Positions 7,657-17,906 of a stretch of 64,000 nucleotides of DNA are shown here, piece after piece. The position numbers and the translations under genes were made by a program. Numbering within the stretch: the first letter of the stretch is position 1; each line of letters opens with the position of its first letter. The notes below the pieces were generated by a model. The model searched no databases. It saw only the letters and a list, made by a program, of their open reading frames with translations, and was not told where the DNA came from. The stretch is from Candidatus Portnoybacteria bacterium (GTDB lineage Bacteria; Patescibacteriota; Minisyncoccia; Portnoybacterales; GWB1-42-6): positions 31,088 to 95,087 of the forward strand of contig JAQTYI010000001.1 in NCBI GenBank assembly GCA_028688325.1, read 5' to 3'.

Positions 7657-8769
7657 TCATAAAAGGCGATTCTTGTTTTTATGCTCCGCCAGCGACTCAT
7701 TCACGAACTTCTTTATTTTATCCTTAAAAACTTCCTTGTCGAACCTCTCTGCCTGCTGGCTGATGTATCTGGCGTTAAAATCAACCGGATTGAATTTCTT
7801 GAGCGCGCCAATCAATGCTTCGGGCGTTTGCTCGTCAAAAAATATGCCGGTTTTGCCTTCCTCCACTATTTCCAGCGCCCCGCCGCCGCGGAATGCTATC
7901 ACGGGCCGGCCCGCGGCCATGGCCTCAACGGCGGAAATGCCGAAATCCTCTTCTTGCGGAAAAATGAACGCCCGGCAATGCGCAAAATAATTAGGCAATT
8001 CCTTTTCCGCCACCAAGCCCGTAAATTCAATGTTCGGACCGGCTATTTTCCGAAGATGCCTCCTGTCCGGCCCGTCGCCGATAATTTTCAGCGGCCAGCC
8101 CAATTTGTTAAAAGCGACGATGGCCAGGTCGATTTTTTTATACGGCAAAAATCTGGCCAGCATTAAAAAATAGTCGTTATTTTTTCCGCTCAAATAAAAT
8201 CGCCTGGTTTTAACCGGCGGACAAACAACCTCCGCTCGCCGGCCGTAATATTTTTTAATGCGCGAAGCGACAAATCGGGAATTGGCCAGATAAACATCGG
8301 GCCTGGCCGAAGCCGCTTCGTCCCAAAGACGCAGATAATTCAAGAAAGGCGGGATGAACCGCTTGATCAGATTTGGATAACTGAACTCGTTTATGTATTT
8401 TTGGCTGTCGTCCCAAACATACCTGGTTGGCGTATGGCAATAGCAGATATGCAGCGTCCCCGGCCGGGTGATGATGCCCTTGGCGAAACTGGCCGAGTCA
8501 GAAATCACCAGGTCGTATTTCGCTAAATCGAACTGTTCAACAGCTAAGGGCATCAGCATCAAAAACGGCCGGTGATGGGATTTGACCATCGGTATCTTTT
8601 GCAAAAATGATGTTTTTATCTTGCGCCCTTCAAAAGCCGACCCCGTGCGCCGCCTGTCATAGACCAAAGTAAAAATGGGCGCTTCCGGCCAAATTTCACA
8701 AAAGGCCTCCAGCACCCGCTCGGCTCCGCCGTATTGATTTAAATAGTCGTGCACCAGCGCAACACGCAT
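7657..8769 (-). CDS. Glycosyltransferase family 4
   Basis: ALVHDYLNQYGGAERV; EDFGISAVEAMAAGRPVIA. Confidence 0.93.
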   Translation of the reverse strand: MRVALVHDYLNQYGGAERVLEAFCEIWPEAPIFTLVYDRRRTGSAFEGRKIKTSFLQKIPMVKSHHRPFLMLMPLAVEQFDLAKYDLVISDSASFAKGIITRPGTLHICYCHTPTRYVWDDSQKYINEFSYPNLIKRFIPPFLNYLRLWDEAASARPDVYLANSRFVASRIKKYYGRRAEVVCPPVKTRRFYLSGKNNDYFLMLARFLPYKKIDLAIVAFNKLGWPLKIIGDGPDRRHLRKIAGPNIEFTGLVAEKELPNYFAHCRAFIFPQEEDFGISAVEAMAAGRPVIAFRGGGALEIVEEGKTGIFFDEQTPEALIGALKKFNPVDFNARYISQQAERFDKEVFKDKIKKFVNESLAEHKNKNRLL

Positions 8770-8800
8770 AAAAAATTTAATAGTAAAATTGTATTTTCAA

Positions 8801-8991
8801 GCCGCCCATAGCGAAAAAATAATCAGAAAATCGAGATGAGCGAGTCGTTTAAAATCGCGTGCTATGGTGGGGCCCCAAGCGTCAGCTTGGGGCGTTGCGG
8901 ATAGCGATTTTAGATGAGCGAATCCGATTTTCTTTATTTTTTACGCTCGGGCGCGGTCTTTTGGCTACTTTTCTGCTGACAGAAAAGTAGC
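8801..8991 (+). repeat. ~190-bp long-hairpin dispersed repeat, copy 1 of 5
   Basis: CCGCCCATAGCGAAAA...CCCCAAGCGTCAGCTTGGGG...CTACTTTTCTG-CAGAAAAGTAG; related copies at 17907, 42345, 49783 and 62123. Confidence 0.85.
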
Positions 8992-9000
8992 AAGATGATT

Positions 9001-10422
9001 TTATTTTCTCCTCCCCAACAGCACCACCAACGGCGTTTTAAATATTATCTTCAGATCCAGCCACAGAGACCAATTCTCGATATAATAAGCATCCAATTTC
9101 GCCTCTTCATCGAAATCTATTTCCGAGCGCCCAGAAATTTGCGCCAGCCCCGTGATGCCGGGCTTAACATTGAAAACTTTTTTATGCCACCTCTCATATT
9201 TGGCAACCTCTTTGGGCATATGCGGCCGGGGCCCGACCAAGCTCATATTACCAAAAAGCACATTAAAAAATTGCGCCAGTTCATCCAAGCTTGAGGCCTC
9301 CAGAAAACGGCCGAATTTCGTGCGGCGCGGATCGTTTAGAACCTTAAACACGGGGCCCTGCCGTCCGCTCTGCTTGGCGGCCAATTCATCTTCAAGCTCG
9401 CTGGCCTTGCCGTCTTTATCATACTGAGAACCGGTGCAATACTCTATTTTCATTGACCGGAATTTATAGGTATTGAAAATACCGTCCGGCCCGACGCGCT
9501 CATTTTTATATATCACGGGGCCCGGAGAATCCAGCTTCACCAGAGCCGCCACCACGGCCATGATGGGCGAAAAAATCACAATGCCGAAAATCGAACCGAA
9601 AAAGTCCAGCACTCTTTTGATTATTTTTCCCCAACCGTCAAGCGCCGTGCGCTTTAATTCAACCAGCGGAATTCCCGCCAGCGAGTCAAATTCGACATTA
9701 ATGGTCAGCGTCTGGAACAAATTGGGCACGAATTTAAAGGATAAGCGCCTCTCTTCGCAAAAATCGATCAGGCCCAAGACCTGCTCGCGGGCAAAATCGG
9801 GATTAGCCAGCATAACATCGTCTATCGATTCGCGCTTCACCGCTTCTTTTATTTTATCCAGGTCTAAATCCTGAAAATGTCCGGCCACATTATAGCCAAG
9901 AGATTTTTCGTCTTCCATTTCGCTTATCAATTCCTGCGATATCCTGTCTCCGCCCACGACCAAAATATTATGAACGCCGTATTTATAACGCGTGACTAAA
10001 AATCTTTGGATGGCGCGAACGACTATCCTGCCAAACAACACGAAAAATATCGCCAATATCCAGGCCGCGAATATCAAAAAACGAGAGTCAAACCATTCCC
10101 GGCGGATAAAACTATAAATAATCACCACGGCTAACCCCGCCGAAGCGCCAATGAGAATGCGCGCAAAGTTCTCCAAGATGCCGTTGGCGCGGCGTATCTC
10201 ATAAAGCCCGGACAGCGCGAAAATAATCAGCATAAAAAAGCCGATGAGCGCCGTTAAGCCCAGATATTTTTCCAGAGGCAAATTGATGCCAAAAAGCACC
10301 GGCCGCAAGCTGGCAACCAAAGAGCTTGTGCGCAGCCAATAAGCCGCCAGCCCGGCCAGCAATAGCATCAGATAATCCACCGGCACCAGCGCGGCTGTAA
10401 AAATTAGTTCGGATCGTTTCAT
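9001..10422 (-). CDS. Polyprenyl-phosphate glycosylphosphotransferase (WcaJ/WbaP family)
   Basis: N-terminal TMs; KRVLD, YKFRSM, SLDELAQFFNVLFGNMSLVGPRP, KPGITGLAQ. Confidence 0.94.
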   Translation of the reverse strand: MKRSELIFTAALVPVDYLMLLLAGLAAYWLRTSSLVASLRPVLFGINLPLEKYLGLTALIGFFMLIIFALSGLYEIRRANGILENFARILIGASAGLAVVIIYSFIRREWFDSRFLIFAAWILAIFFVLFGRIVVRAIQRFLVTRYKYGVHNILVVGGDRISQELISEMEDEKSLGYNVAGHFQDLDLDKIKEAVKRESIDDVMLANPDFAREQVLGLIDFCEERRLSFKFVPNLFQTLTINVEFDSLAGIPLVELKRTALDGWGKIIKRVLDFFGSIFGIVIFSPIMAVVAALVKLDSPGPVIYKNERVGPDGIFNTYKFRSMKIEYCTGSQYDKDGKASELEDELAAKQSGRQGPVFKVLNDPRRTKFGRFLEASSLDELAQFFNVLFGNMSLVGPRPHMPKEVAKYERWHKKVFNVKPGITGLAQISGRSEIDFDEEAKLDAYYIENWSLWLDLKIIFKTPLVVLLGRRK

Positions 10423-10473
10423 TTACTTGTATTCTACTCCCAAAATCGCCTTAAAATCAAGATTACTGCCAGC

Positions 10474-10502
10474 TTGACAACATTTAAAACAAATTATAAA
10501 AT
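10474..10502 (+). promoter_or_regulatory. sigma70 promoter of rnpB
   Basis: TTGACA-17 nt-TAAAAT just upstream of the RNA 5' end. Confidence 0.8.
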
Positions 10503-10508
10503 ATTGAA

Positions 10509-10945
10509 GTCCAAGCAAATCGGGCAATCGCCCTTCGCTACGCGAAGGGAGGAAAGTCCGAACTCTCTCTCCCTGCCACGGCGGGGTTAAAAAAGGTAGC
10601 GGCTAACAGCCGTCCATCGTAAGATGCGAGGTGCGAACAGTGACGATTTTATCCGAAAGGATAAAATCGCCCTCCGAAGCTTTACGCGTAGGAGGGCGCA
10701 ATTTGACCATAAGAAATTGCAAAATTTCCAAAGTCAAAATGAAACGGCAAAATCCTTACCGGGTGCAAGATCAAACTATGAGACCGCAAGCTTGGTTCTC
10801 ATAAGACAAGTAGATCGCCCGAGCCCCGCAGCAATGCGGGGCCCAGACAGATGATTGCCCATTCGCTCGTTGCATCGCCCAGGACTTGTCCTGAGCGAGC
10901 GCAGCGAGTCGAAGGACAAAATTCGGCTTATAGATTTGTTTGGAC
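10509..10945 (+). ncRNA. rnpB: RNase P RNA
   Basis: GAGGAAAGTCCG, GAAACGG, GGTGCAAG, AGACAGATGATTG and ACAAAATTCGGCTTA conserved blocks; P1 pairing GTCCAAGCAAATC/GATTTGTTTGGAC. Confidence 0.95.
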
Positions 10946-10948
10946 AAT

Positions 10949-10980
10949 AAAAAATCGCTTCGAAAGAAGCGATTTTTTTA
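10949..10980 (+). terminator. rnpB terminator
   Basis: AAAAAATCGCTTC-GAAA-GAAGCGATTTTTT. Confidence 0.85.
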
Positions 10981-10994
10981 TTTGAATTATTTTA

Positions 10995-11188
10995 TGCCTC
11001 ACAACCAGTACTTCCCCGCCGGTGCGCTTAAGCATGGTCGTCAGAATTCTAATGCTGGTGGTTTTACCCGCGCCGTTCGGCCCCAAAAAAGCGAATATTT
11101 CGCCTTGAGCGACACTAAAAGAAGCGTGTTTTACCGCTTCAAAATCGCCGAACTTTTTGACCAGATCATTGACCTCTATGATATTCAT
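10995..11188 (-). pseudogene. Truncated ABC transporter ATP-binding subunit
   Basis: MNIIEVNDLVKKFG...GPNGAGKTT; similarity ends after about 60 aa and the ORF runs into the rnpB terminator; no signature motif or Walker B. Confidence 0.75.
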
Positions 11189-11192
11189 ATTT

Positions 11193-11822
11193 TCAGCGCA
11201 TCTGCTCCAATTTTTGATCAATCACTTTTTTAAAATCATCGAATGGCAAGGCGCCTATGAGTTTTTGTCCGTTAATGAAAAAGGTTGGCGTGGAATCAAC
11301 TCCGCGGCCGGAGCCCTCCTCATACCACTTGGCCAGCTTGCCCTCATCTTTATTGGCATCGAAACAAGCGTTGAATTTTTGGCTGTCCAAGCCGGCATTG
11401 ACCGCCATATTTTTCAAGTCGCCTTCATTGGAAATCTGATCCTGGTGGGAAAAAAGATAGTCGTGATAAACGACAAATTTATTCTGCTCTTGGCCGCAGA
11501 GCGCGGCGCGGCCCAGCTCATAAGGCGGCAGAACATAGATTATTATTTTGACTTTCCCGGTTTTCACATATTCTTCTTTTATCTGTTCCAGCGCGCCGGA
11601 GGCGAAACGGGCGCAAGCGGGGCAAATGAAACTGGTATATTCTTCCATGGTTACGGGCGCGGAAGAATCCCCGATTAAAATTCCGGATTCAAAAGCGCCG
11701 GTCGGAGAAATTACCGGCTGAGACACTCTCGCAACGGGAGCTTGTTTTGAATAATACCAGCCGCCGCCTATTAATAAAGCGGCCAGAATAATTGCAATGG
11801 TGATAATTTTTTTATCGGACAT
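11193..11822 (-). CDS. DsbA-family thioredoxin-fold protein
   Basis: TM anchor, APVTMEEYTSFICPAC, GVDSTPTFFING. Confidence 0.92.
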   Translation of the reverse strand: MSDKKIITIAIILAALLIGGGWYYSKQAPVARVSQPVISPTGAFESGILIGDSSAPVTMEEYTSFICPACARFASGALEQIKEEYVKTGKVKIIIYVLPPYELGRAALCGQEQNKFVVYHDYLFSHQDQISNEGDLKNMAVNAGLDSQKFNACFDANKDEGKLAKWYEEGSGRGVDSTPTFFINGQKLIGALPFDDFKKVIDQKLEQMR

Positions 11823-11872
11823 ATTATTTGTTTTATGATATAAAATCCGTTTTTAAATCCTGCCCGGCCCGG

Positions 11873-12043
11873 CTATTCGTCAATTAATTGCTGCTGCGCT
11901 TTGCCTCGCTTTACCAGAATGTTCCGGTAATAATTTTCCGGGGAAGAAACAAAATCGTGATAAACATGCAAAAAATAAAAAATACTCGCCACTTCCAAAA
12001 TAATCACCGCCACCAGCCCGAATTTTATCGGCGTTCTTTCCAT
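11873..12043 (-). CDS. Small membrane protein (putative)
   Basis: MERTPIKFGLVAVIILEVASIFYFL..., one TM segment; short, so uncertain. Confidence 0.45.
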   Translation of the reverse strand: MERTPIKFGLVAVIILEVASIFYFLHVYHDFVSSPENYYRNILVKRGKAQQQLIDE

Positions 12044-12138
12044 AGTTTCCGCGAACAACGCCAATGCCGGCCAATAACACCGGTAAGTTTATCTTTTTCG
12101 CGTTATTGGGCGTTAAGTTCGCGTTATTGGCAACTACC

Positions 12139-12807
12139 CTAAGCTCTAATATATTTTTCCCAGCGCTCAAAAAGCCCGGCGGTGGCCCGCACATCGTCGG
12201 CACAGTATTTGGCAATCTCCAAATATTTGCCTTTCTTGAAATATTCCTGCACTTTGTCGCCGCTCATGCCCTCGGTCTTGGCGCTGTCCAGTTTGAATGT
12301 CCGGCAATAAAAATCAAGCGAAAAACGCCGAAAGGCGCCGTAAAAAGTCAGTTGATCCAACAGATCGATATGCTCATCGTCTTTATAACGGTAAGGCATC
12401 AAATTCCTGGTCGGCCGCACCTTCAGGACGCCTGAGCGCAACATAATATATGGGCAATCAAAGCCCCGCCCGTTAAAGGTGATGAACTGGTTGTAGTTTT
12501 TGATTTCCTGCCAAAACTTTTCCAAGATTTCTTTCTCGCCCATAGCCAAATATTCCATGCCGCCCTCTATCACCGGTTCTGTGTTTTTCCCCGGCGACTG
12601 AAAATAAACCCGCCCCTTGTTCGTATCGGGGTTTAAAAGGCAAATGGCGGCGATTTCTCCGGTCAGGGGCCAAAGGCCGAGTTTTTCTTTGACCTCTTTA
12701 TTTTTCTTTTCGTCTTCGCCGGATTTTAAAATATACTTTTGCGCTTCCTCCGGCAATTCGTCAAAATTGGCGCCAATGGTTTCAATGTCAAAAACTATTC
12801 GACTCAT
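12139..12807 (-). CDS. DEDDy 3'-5' exonuclease (PolB-like/RNase H fold)
   Basis: VFDIET, TFNGRGFDCPY, HIDL, KYCADDV. Confidence 0.88.
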   Translation of the reverse strand: MSRIVFDIETIGANFDELPEEAQKYILKSGEDEKKNKEVKEKLGLWPLTGEIAAICLLNPDTNKGRVYFQSPGKNTEPVIEGGMEYLAMGEKEILEKFWQEIKNYNQFITFNGRGFDCPYIMLRSGVLKVRPTRNLMPYRYKDDEHIDLLDQLTFYGAFRRFSLDFYCRTFKLDSAKTEGMSGDKVQEYFKKGKYLEIAKYCADDVRATAGLFERWEKYIRA

Positions 12808-12880
12808 AATGATAGATTTAAAAAAACAAACAAAAAAACATCCGTTTTTATTTCGCCTTTGATCAACTCTGTTGATTTTA

Positions 12881-13045
12881 TTAATCGCCCGCGAACTTTT
12901 GGCCCGGCTTGGCTTTGGTTTTGGCGCGGTGCGCCATATCTTGCCGTATACAGCGGTTTATTTCCTGCACATCGTCAAACTTGCCCTCTTTATCGCGCTT
13001 GACCCAAAAAGTTTTCTTGTGGGGCCTTAATTGGGTTCTTTTCAT
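12881..13045 (-). CDS. Small basic hypothetical protein, 54 aa (below ORF-track cutoff)
   Basis: Hand translation MKRTQLRPHKKTFWVKRDKEGKFDDVQEINRCIRQDMAHRAKTKAKPGQKFAGD*; same strand as its neighbours. Confidence 0.65.
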   Translation of the reverse strand: MKRTQLRPHKKTFWVKRDKEGKFDDVQEINRCIRQDMAHRAKTKAKPGQKFAGD

Positions 13046-13113
13046 TTCGCAAATAGGCACGAATCAATCACATATTTCACGAATATATTAGTGCAATTTG
13101 TGAAAAATTCGCG

Positions 13114-13893
13114 TTAATTAGCGATTGATACCTTTTTCATTATATCACCCTGCTGGATTTTTAGCACTACATCCATACCTTCAATCACCCGGCCAAAAAC
13201 CGTGTGTTTCCCGTCTAAATGCGACTGGGCCGATTCGGTCACGATGAAAAATTGGCTGCCGTTGGTATCAGGACCGGAATTAGCCATAGCCAGCACGCCA
13301 GCTTCCATTTTGTGCGAAGCGAGATCCCGCGTATATTTATATCCCTGCGCTTGATATGATTTTATGGTGTCTTCCGAGAGCCCCAGCGACCAAGGGTTTA
13401 TTTCATCCGCGAAAGAATATCCCGGCCCGCCCGTGCCGTCGCCCTTGGGGTCGCCGCCCTGGATGACAAAACCCGGCACTACGCGATGGAATGTCAGCCC
13501 GTTATAAAATCCCTTACCCGCCAAATTAACGAAATTCGCCACGGTTTTTGGCGCGTCTTTGGTGAAAAGTTCCAGCTTTATATTACCCCTCTCAGTTTGT
13601 ATCATCATTATTTTATTGGTTAAATTTTCTTGATTATTGCCGGCCTGCGGCGAGAAAGACGGGAATGCCTGCTCCGGCGAGACGCTCGCTATCGGCGAAG
13701 GCGAGAGCAAGGAGGGATTCAGCCCAGCCAGTCGCCAATTCAAGAATTTGGTTATGCCGAATATCAGTGCAGCCAGAACTACGAGTCCCGCCAGCACGCC
13801 GATAATAATGCTCTTATTGCGCTGCCGGCGCAATTCATCTTGCTGCTCGGCCTCTATTTTTTTCTGTTCGCGGATCTTTTGTATTTTTCCCAT
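13114..13893 (-). CDS. Membrane-anchored cyclophilin-type peptidyl-prolyl isomerase
   Basis: [47 protein letters not shown]. Confidence 0.95.
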   Translation of the reverse strand: MGKIQKIREQKKIEAEQQDELRRQRNKSIIIGVLAGLVVLAALIFGITKFLNWRLAGLNPSLLSPSPIASVSPEQAFPSFSPQAGNNQENLTNKIMMIQTERGNIKLELFTKDAPKTVANFVNLAGKGFYNGLTFHRVVPGFVIQGGDPKGDGTGGPGYSFADEINPWSLGLSEDTIKSYQAQGYKYTRDLASHKMEAGVLAMANSGPDTNGSQFFIVTESAQSHLDGKHTVFGRVIEGMDVVLKIQQGDIMKKVSIAN

Positions 13894-13894
13894 A

Positions 13895-14371
13895 TTATTT
13901 GCTTATCTGATATATTGCCGCGCCGAAAGCCACGGAAACATTCAATGATTCTTTTTGGCCCCTCATCGGTAAAAAAACGATTTTATCGCACCTTTTTAAA
14001 ATTTCCCTCGAAAGCCCCTTAACCTCGTTTCCCAGTACCAGCGCCAAAGGAAAGCGTGGCTTGAATTTAAAAATATTTTTCGCTTGTGAGTTTTTTTCCA
14101 GCGCCACGATTTGATAGCCATTCTTTTTCAAATCATCCAGCGCCCGCCAGGTCTGCCAAACGCGCTCATACGGCACGGCTTGTTCCGCGCCCAAAGCCGT
14201 TTTGGCCAGCTTGGAATGGGGCGGATGAGCGCTGTAGCCGCCTAAAATTATTTTACCGACGCCCGCCCCGTCCGCCGTGCGAAAAATAGACCCCACATTA
14301 AAAGCGCTGCGGATATTATGGCAAACAACGATTATTTTATTTGTCAATTTTTTCGTCGATTTCCTTGGCAA
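13895..14371 (-). CDS. SpoU/TrmH-family RNA methyltransferase
   Basis: [28 protein letters not shown]. Confidence 0.92.
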   Translation of the reverse strand: MPRKSTKKLTNKIIVVCHNIRSAFNVGSIFRTADGAGVGKIILGGYSAHPPHSKLAKTALGAEQAVPYERVWQTWRALDDLKKNGYQIVALEKNSQAKNIFKFKPRFPLALVLGNEVKGLSREILKRCDKIVFLPMRGQKESLNVSVAFGAAIYQISK

Positions 14372-14759
14372 TCTTTTCTTCTCCTTTCTTGACCGCGCCC
14401 AGCTGATTTTCTATTTTGCTGAGTAATTTTTTTATCTCATCCACTCTTTCAACCAGGGTTAGTGTTTCTTCAAGACGAACCTCGGTAACTTTTCTCCGAC
14501 CGCGCCAAGCGCCTATCAAAACTTCATCCCCAATGGCGATCGCCACCAGCAGGCCCGAAATCAATAAAATCGCTAACCCAAAAAAAATCGAAACCCAGGG
14601 ACTTAAGTTCACCCCGTCGGCCAAGTGCCAAACCCCCCGCCAGGTCAAAACGATGCCCACAATCCCGACCAGCGCATAAAGCAACGGCCAATGGCTCAGC
14701 CAATGACGGACCTTATCTTCCAGAATATCAAAAAATTTGTAAATTTTATCAAATAGCAT
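14337..14759 (-). CDS. Hypothetical membrane protein
   Basis: Two TM segments and a coiled-coil tail. Confidence 0.7.
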   Translation of the reverse strand: MLFDKIYKFFDILEDKVRHWLSHWPLLYALVGIVGIVLTWRGVWHLADGVNLSPWVSIFFGLAILLISGLLVAIAIGDEVLIGAWRGRRKVTEVRLEETLTLVERVDEIKKLLSKIENQLGAVKKGEEKIAKEIDEKIDK

Positions 14760-14878
14760 GCTGTGTATTTTGACATCGTTCGGCTAATATGCCCCGTCGG
14801 ACGCATTAGCCTCCCTGGTCAAAAGAAAAAAGTGCCGACCCGACCTGCGGGCTTGTTAAAAAGATTATACTCGGAAAT

Positions 14879-15124
14879 TTATTCTCTGACAAATAAATTG
14901 TAAACCCAGGCGAAAAACCAGCCCAAAATAAAACCGATAACGGCGTGTTCTATCGCCATCACCAAAGCGCCGGCCCAGGAATAGGAAACCCAGTGCAACG
15001 CCGCGGCGCGGGTTAAGATATCGCTGGCGCGGCACGTCAGCAAAGAAAAAGCCATCACCAAAAACACGATAAGCGCGTCAAAAATCGCAAAAGCCCAGGC
15101 CAAAGCAATTTTATCAAATTTCAT
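14879..15124 (-). CDS. Small membrane protein
   Basis: 81 aa, two hydrophobic segments, GWFFAWVYN end. Confidence 0.65.
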   Translation of the reverse strand: MKFDKIALAWAFAIFDALIVFLVMAFSLLTCRASDILTRAAALHWVSYSWAGALVMAIEHAVIGFILGWFFAWVYNLFVRE

Positions 15125-15176
15125 ATGTTTATGTGGAAATATTAGTTTACCGGTTCGACCGCGCCGGCTAAATAGC

Positions 15177-16016
15177 TTATTTCTGGCAGGCGGGGCAAAA
15201 ATGCGCCGAGCGCCCTCCTATTTTTATCCTTGCCACCCTGCCTTTACATTTTACACAATTTTCCCCTTCTCTGCCATAAACTTTCAACTTTGCCAGAAAC
15301 CCTCCCTTGCGGCCGAAGGCGTCCAAATAGTTGTTGGCCGAGGTGCCTTTCGATCGTATGGCTTCGGGCAATATCTTTTTAATGCCTTGATAGATTTTTT
15401 TTATCTCTCCCTTCTTCAGCGACTGGTTGCGCCGCAAGGGATGAACGCCCGCAAAGAATAATATTTCATCCGAATAAATGTTGCCGATGCCGGCGATAGT
15501 TTTCGGGTCCATTAAAAATTGCTTGATTTTTGCTTTGGGCTTTTTGGCCAGCAACGCTTCAAAATCGGCTAAGGCGAAATCTTTTTCCAGGGGCTCCGGC
15601 CCCAAGCCCTCTTTTATGAAAAATTCACCGAGTTTATTCGTGTCTGCCAGCTTAATATACCCGAACTGGCGCAAGTCGTTGAATAACAAACGGGTTTTAT
15701 CGCTGAAATGAAAAACCAGATGCGTGTGCTTGCTTTCTGCCATTAACTGTTTATTGCTTGCCGTTGACTGATATACCATCTGCCCCGTCATTTTAAGGTG
15801 CGCCAAAAAACTCCAGCCATTATCCAGTTCAAAAACCAATAATTTAGCGCGCCGACCGACTTTTCTTATTTTTGCACCTTTAAGGGCGCGCTTAAATTGC
15901 GCCAGCGGCGTTTTAACCATTTTAGCCAAGCGCACTTCAACTTCTTTTATTTTTTTTCCGCCAATCAACTTGGAAAGCTGCCGGCTGATTGTTTCAACTT
16001 CGGGCAATTCTGGCAT
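15177..16016 (-). CDS. mutM: Formamidopyrimidine-DNA glycosylase
   Basis: True start MPELPEVE (catalytic Pro2), HLKMTG, GIGNIY, C-terminal zinc finger. Confidence 0.96.
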   Translation of the reverse strand: MPELPEVETISRQLSKLIGGKKIKEVEVRLAKMVKTPLAQFKRALKGAKIRKVGRRAKLLVFELDNGWSFLAHLKMTGQMVYQSTASNKQLMAESKHTHLVFHFSDKTRLLFNDLRQFGYIKLADTNKLGEFFIKEGLGPEPLEKDFALADFEALLAKKPKAKIKQFLMDPKTIAGIGNIYSDEILFFAGVHPLRRNQSLKKGEIKKIYQGIKKILPEAIRSKGTSANNYLDAFGRKGGFLAKLKVYGREGENCVKCKGRVARIKIGGRSAHFCPACQK

Positions 16017-16150
16017 ACCAGGTAGTAGAAATTCGGCTATATTCATAAATCCAAACGGACTTAATTAGTTTTGCCAAATTCTATGGTTTTATCAAACTCT
16101 ACCAGTCAGCGATGATTCGGTTAAACCGCCGAATTTTCACTACCTGGTAT
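16015..16150. mobile_element. MITE-like element (CCAGGTAGT terminal inverted repeats) at the mutM start codon
   Basis: ATACCAGGTAGTAGAAATTCGGC...GCCGAATTTTCACTACCTGGTAT; copies at 35797 and 48771. Confidence 0.82.
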
Positions 16151-16252
16151 AAATTCAAGCTTATATCTGTTGCTTATATTTTACTCGCCAAACGCCGTAA
16201 AGCCAAGGTATGGGCGAAATAAAAAAGGGAGCCGCATGGACTCCCCGACCGG

Positions 16253-16645
16253 TCATTCATTGCCGGCCACTTCATAAAAAAAGTACAAACACCGCGCTGT
16301 TTTTACGGCAAAATCCTTTCTTTCCCGGAGCAAGGACAGCGGCCGCAGCAGAGCAGAAGACACTTCTTCTATTTGGCCAAGCCGCTGATCAATAAAATAT
16401 ACCACGACCTGCCTCCCCCGCTTTTCTTCGCTCACGGCTATATAGACCTTCCCTTTGTCATAACTGACACAACCCGTCTCCCTGATCATCGTTTTTACTT
16501 CCCCAACTACTTCGTCGACTGTTTTCAGGTAGGCAGCCGACTTTTCGCCGCCATCGAACAAAATTAATCTTTCGGCCTCGCTTTTATCAGAAATCGCAAA
16601 AAGAGCAAAACAAACCGTCAACAACCACCATATTGCCTTTTTCAT
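16253..16645 (-). CDS. Hypothetical secreted protein
   Basis: RBS AAAGGAGGAG, then the signal peptide MKKAIWWLLTVCFALFA. Confidence 0.65.
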   Translation of the reverse strand: MKKAIWWLLTVCFALFAISDKSEAERLILFDGGEKSAAYLKTVDEVVGEVKTMIRETGCVSYDKGKVYIAVSEEKRGRQVVVYFIDQRLGQIEEVSSALLRPLSLLRERKDFAVKTARCLYFFYEVAGNE

Positions 16646-16676
16646 AGCTCCTCCTTTGCCTTTGCCGTAAAAAAGT

Positions 16677-17894
16677 TTATAAAAGAACCTTGCCGCCAAT
16701 AATCACCCCGCAAACATCCCCGCCTTGCGCCGCATAGACCAAATGCGAGACCATATTATGACGCGGCTTTAGGCGCGGTTTGTCAAAGTCAATCAATACT
16801 ATATCGGCCTGCTTGCCGATGTCAATGGAACCGATATTTTTATCAATTTTCAACGCTTTGGCGCCGTTTATGGTCGCCATGTCCAAAATTGTCTGTGCGT
16901 CGGCCGCAGCGGGGTTTCTTTCGTCCCATTTATGGATCAGCGCGGCGATTTTCATCTCGCCAAACATATCCAGACAATTATTTGACGCCGGTCCGTCTGT
17001 GCCCAGTGCCACATTAACCCCGGCCTTCAATAATTTTCCCAGCGGCGCGACACCCGAAGATAGTTTCAAATTGGAAACCGGACAATGCGCCACGCTCACT
17101 TTTTGTTTGGCTAAAATTTTTATTTCCTTTTCGCTCAACCAACAGCAATGGGCCGCCACAACATTACCGCCCAAAAATCCTATTTTTTCCAAATATTCAA
17201 CCGGTTGGCATTTGTGTTTTGCCAGGCAATTTTTTACCTCCTCCTCTGTCTCCGATAAATGAATATGCAGCAACAGATCGTTGTCATCGGCAAATTTTTT
17301 ACACCAGCGCAAGGTCTCCTCGCTCACCGCATAAATCGAATGCGGAGTCAAAACCAGTTTTATGTCTTCACCCGTTTTCGATTTTAAGCGTTCGTATTCC
17401 GCGGCAATTTGCGCCGGACCAATGTCCATTCCGCCGCTATCCAACGCCGTCAAACCGACAAAATCCTGCAAACCTATCTCCCGCGCCGCCCTTATTTCCT
17501 GCGCCGGCTGCCAATACATATTATTGAAAGTCGTCGTGCCGCTTTGCAGCATTTCTTGGCAAGCCATTTTCGTTCCCCGACAAATATCTTCCGGCCCCAA
17601 TTTTGCCTCGGCCGGCCAAATCTTTTTTTCCAGCCAATCATTAAGCGGCATATCGTCGGCAAAACCTCTCAATAGCGACATGGCTGCGTGAGTGTGCGCG
17701 TTGATGAGTCCAGGAATCGCCACTTTGCCGCGCCCGTCGATTGTTTTCTTTTTCGCCTTGGCATATTTTTTCTCTAATTTAGCACTTTGGCCGATATCGG
17801 CGATTTTATTCCCCTCAGCCAAAATAGCGCCATCTTCAATGATTTGGCGCTTGCTGTTTTGGGTTACGATGGTTGTGTTCTTAATGAATATCAC
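16677..17894 (-). CDS. Metal-dependent amidohydrolase (MtaD/SsnA-like deaminase)
   Basis: PGLINAHTH, HIHLSE, AHCPVSNLKL, LGTDG. Confidence 0.92.
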   Translation of the reverse strand: MIFIKNTTIVTQNSKRQIIEDGAILAEGNKIADIGQSAKLEKKYAKAKKKTIDGRGKVAIPGLINAHTHAAMSLLRGFADDMPLNDWLEKKIWPAEAKLGPEDICRGTKMACQEMLQSGTTTFNNMYWQPAQEIRAAREIGLQDFVGLTALDSGGMDIGPAQIAAEYERLKSKTGEDIKLVLTPHSIYAVSEETLRWCKKFADDNDLLLHIHLSETEEEVKNCLAKHKCQPVEYLEKIGFLGGNVVAAHCCWLSEKEIKILAKQKVSVAHCPVSNLKLSSGVAPLGKLLKAGVNVALGTDGPASNNCLDMFGEMKIAALIHKWDERNPAAADAQTILDMATINGAKALKIDKNIGSIDIGKQADIVLIDFDKPRLKPRHNMVSHLVYAAQGGDVCGVIIGGKVLL

Positions 17895-17906
17895 CTTGTT
17901 TTTTCT

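Noticed and set aside
11880-12215. 111-aa minus-strand ORF
   Set aside because: Overlaps the exonuclease gene and runs through a palindromic repeat; the shorter TM-containing ORF is more plausible.
16017-16046. Shared N-terminal peptide MNI(A/T)EFLLPG on MutM and GatB
   Set aside because: It is read from the MITE end; MutM needs Pro2, so the true starts are 16016 and 48772.
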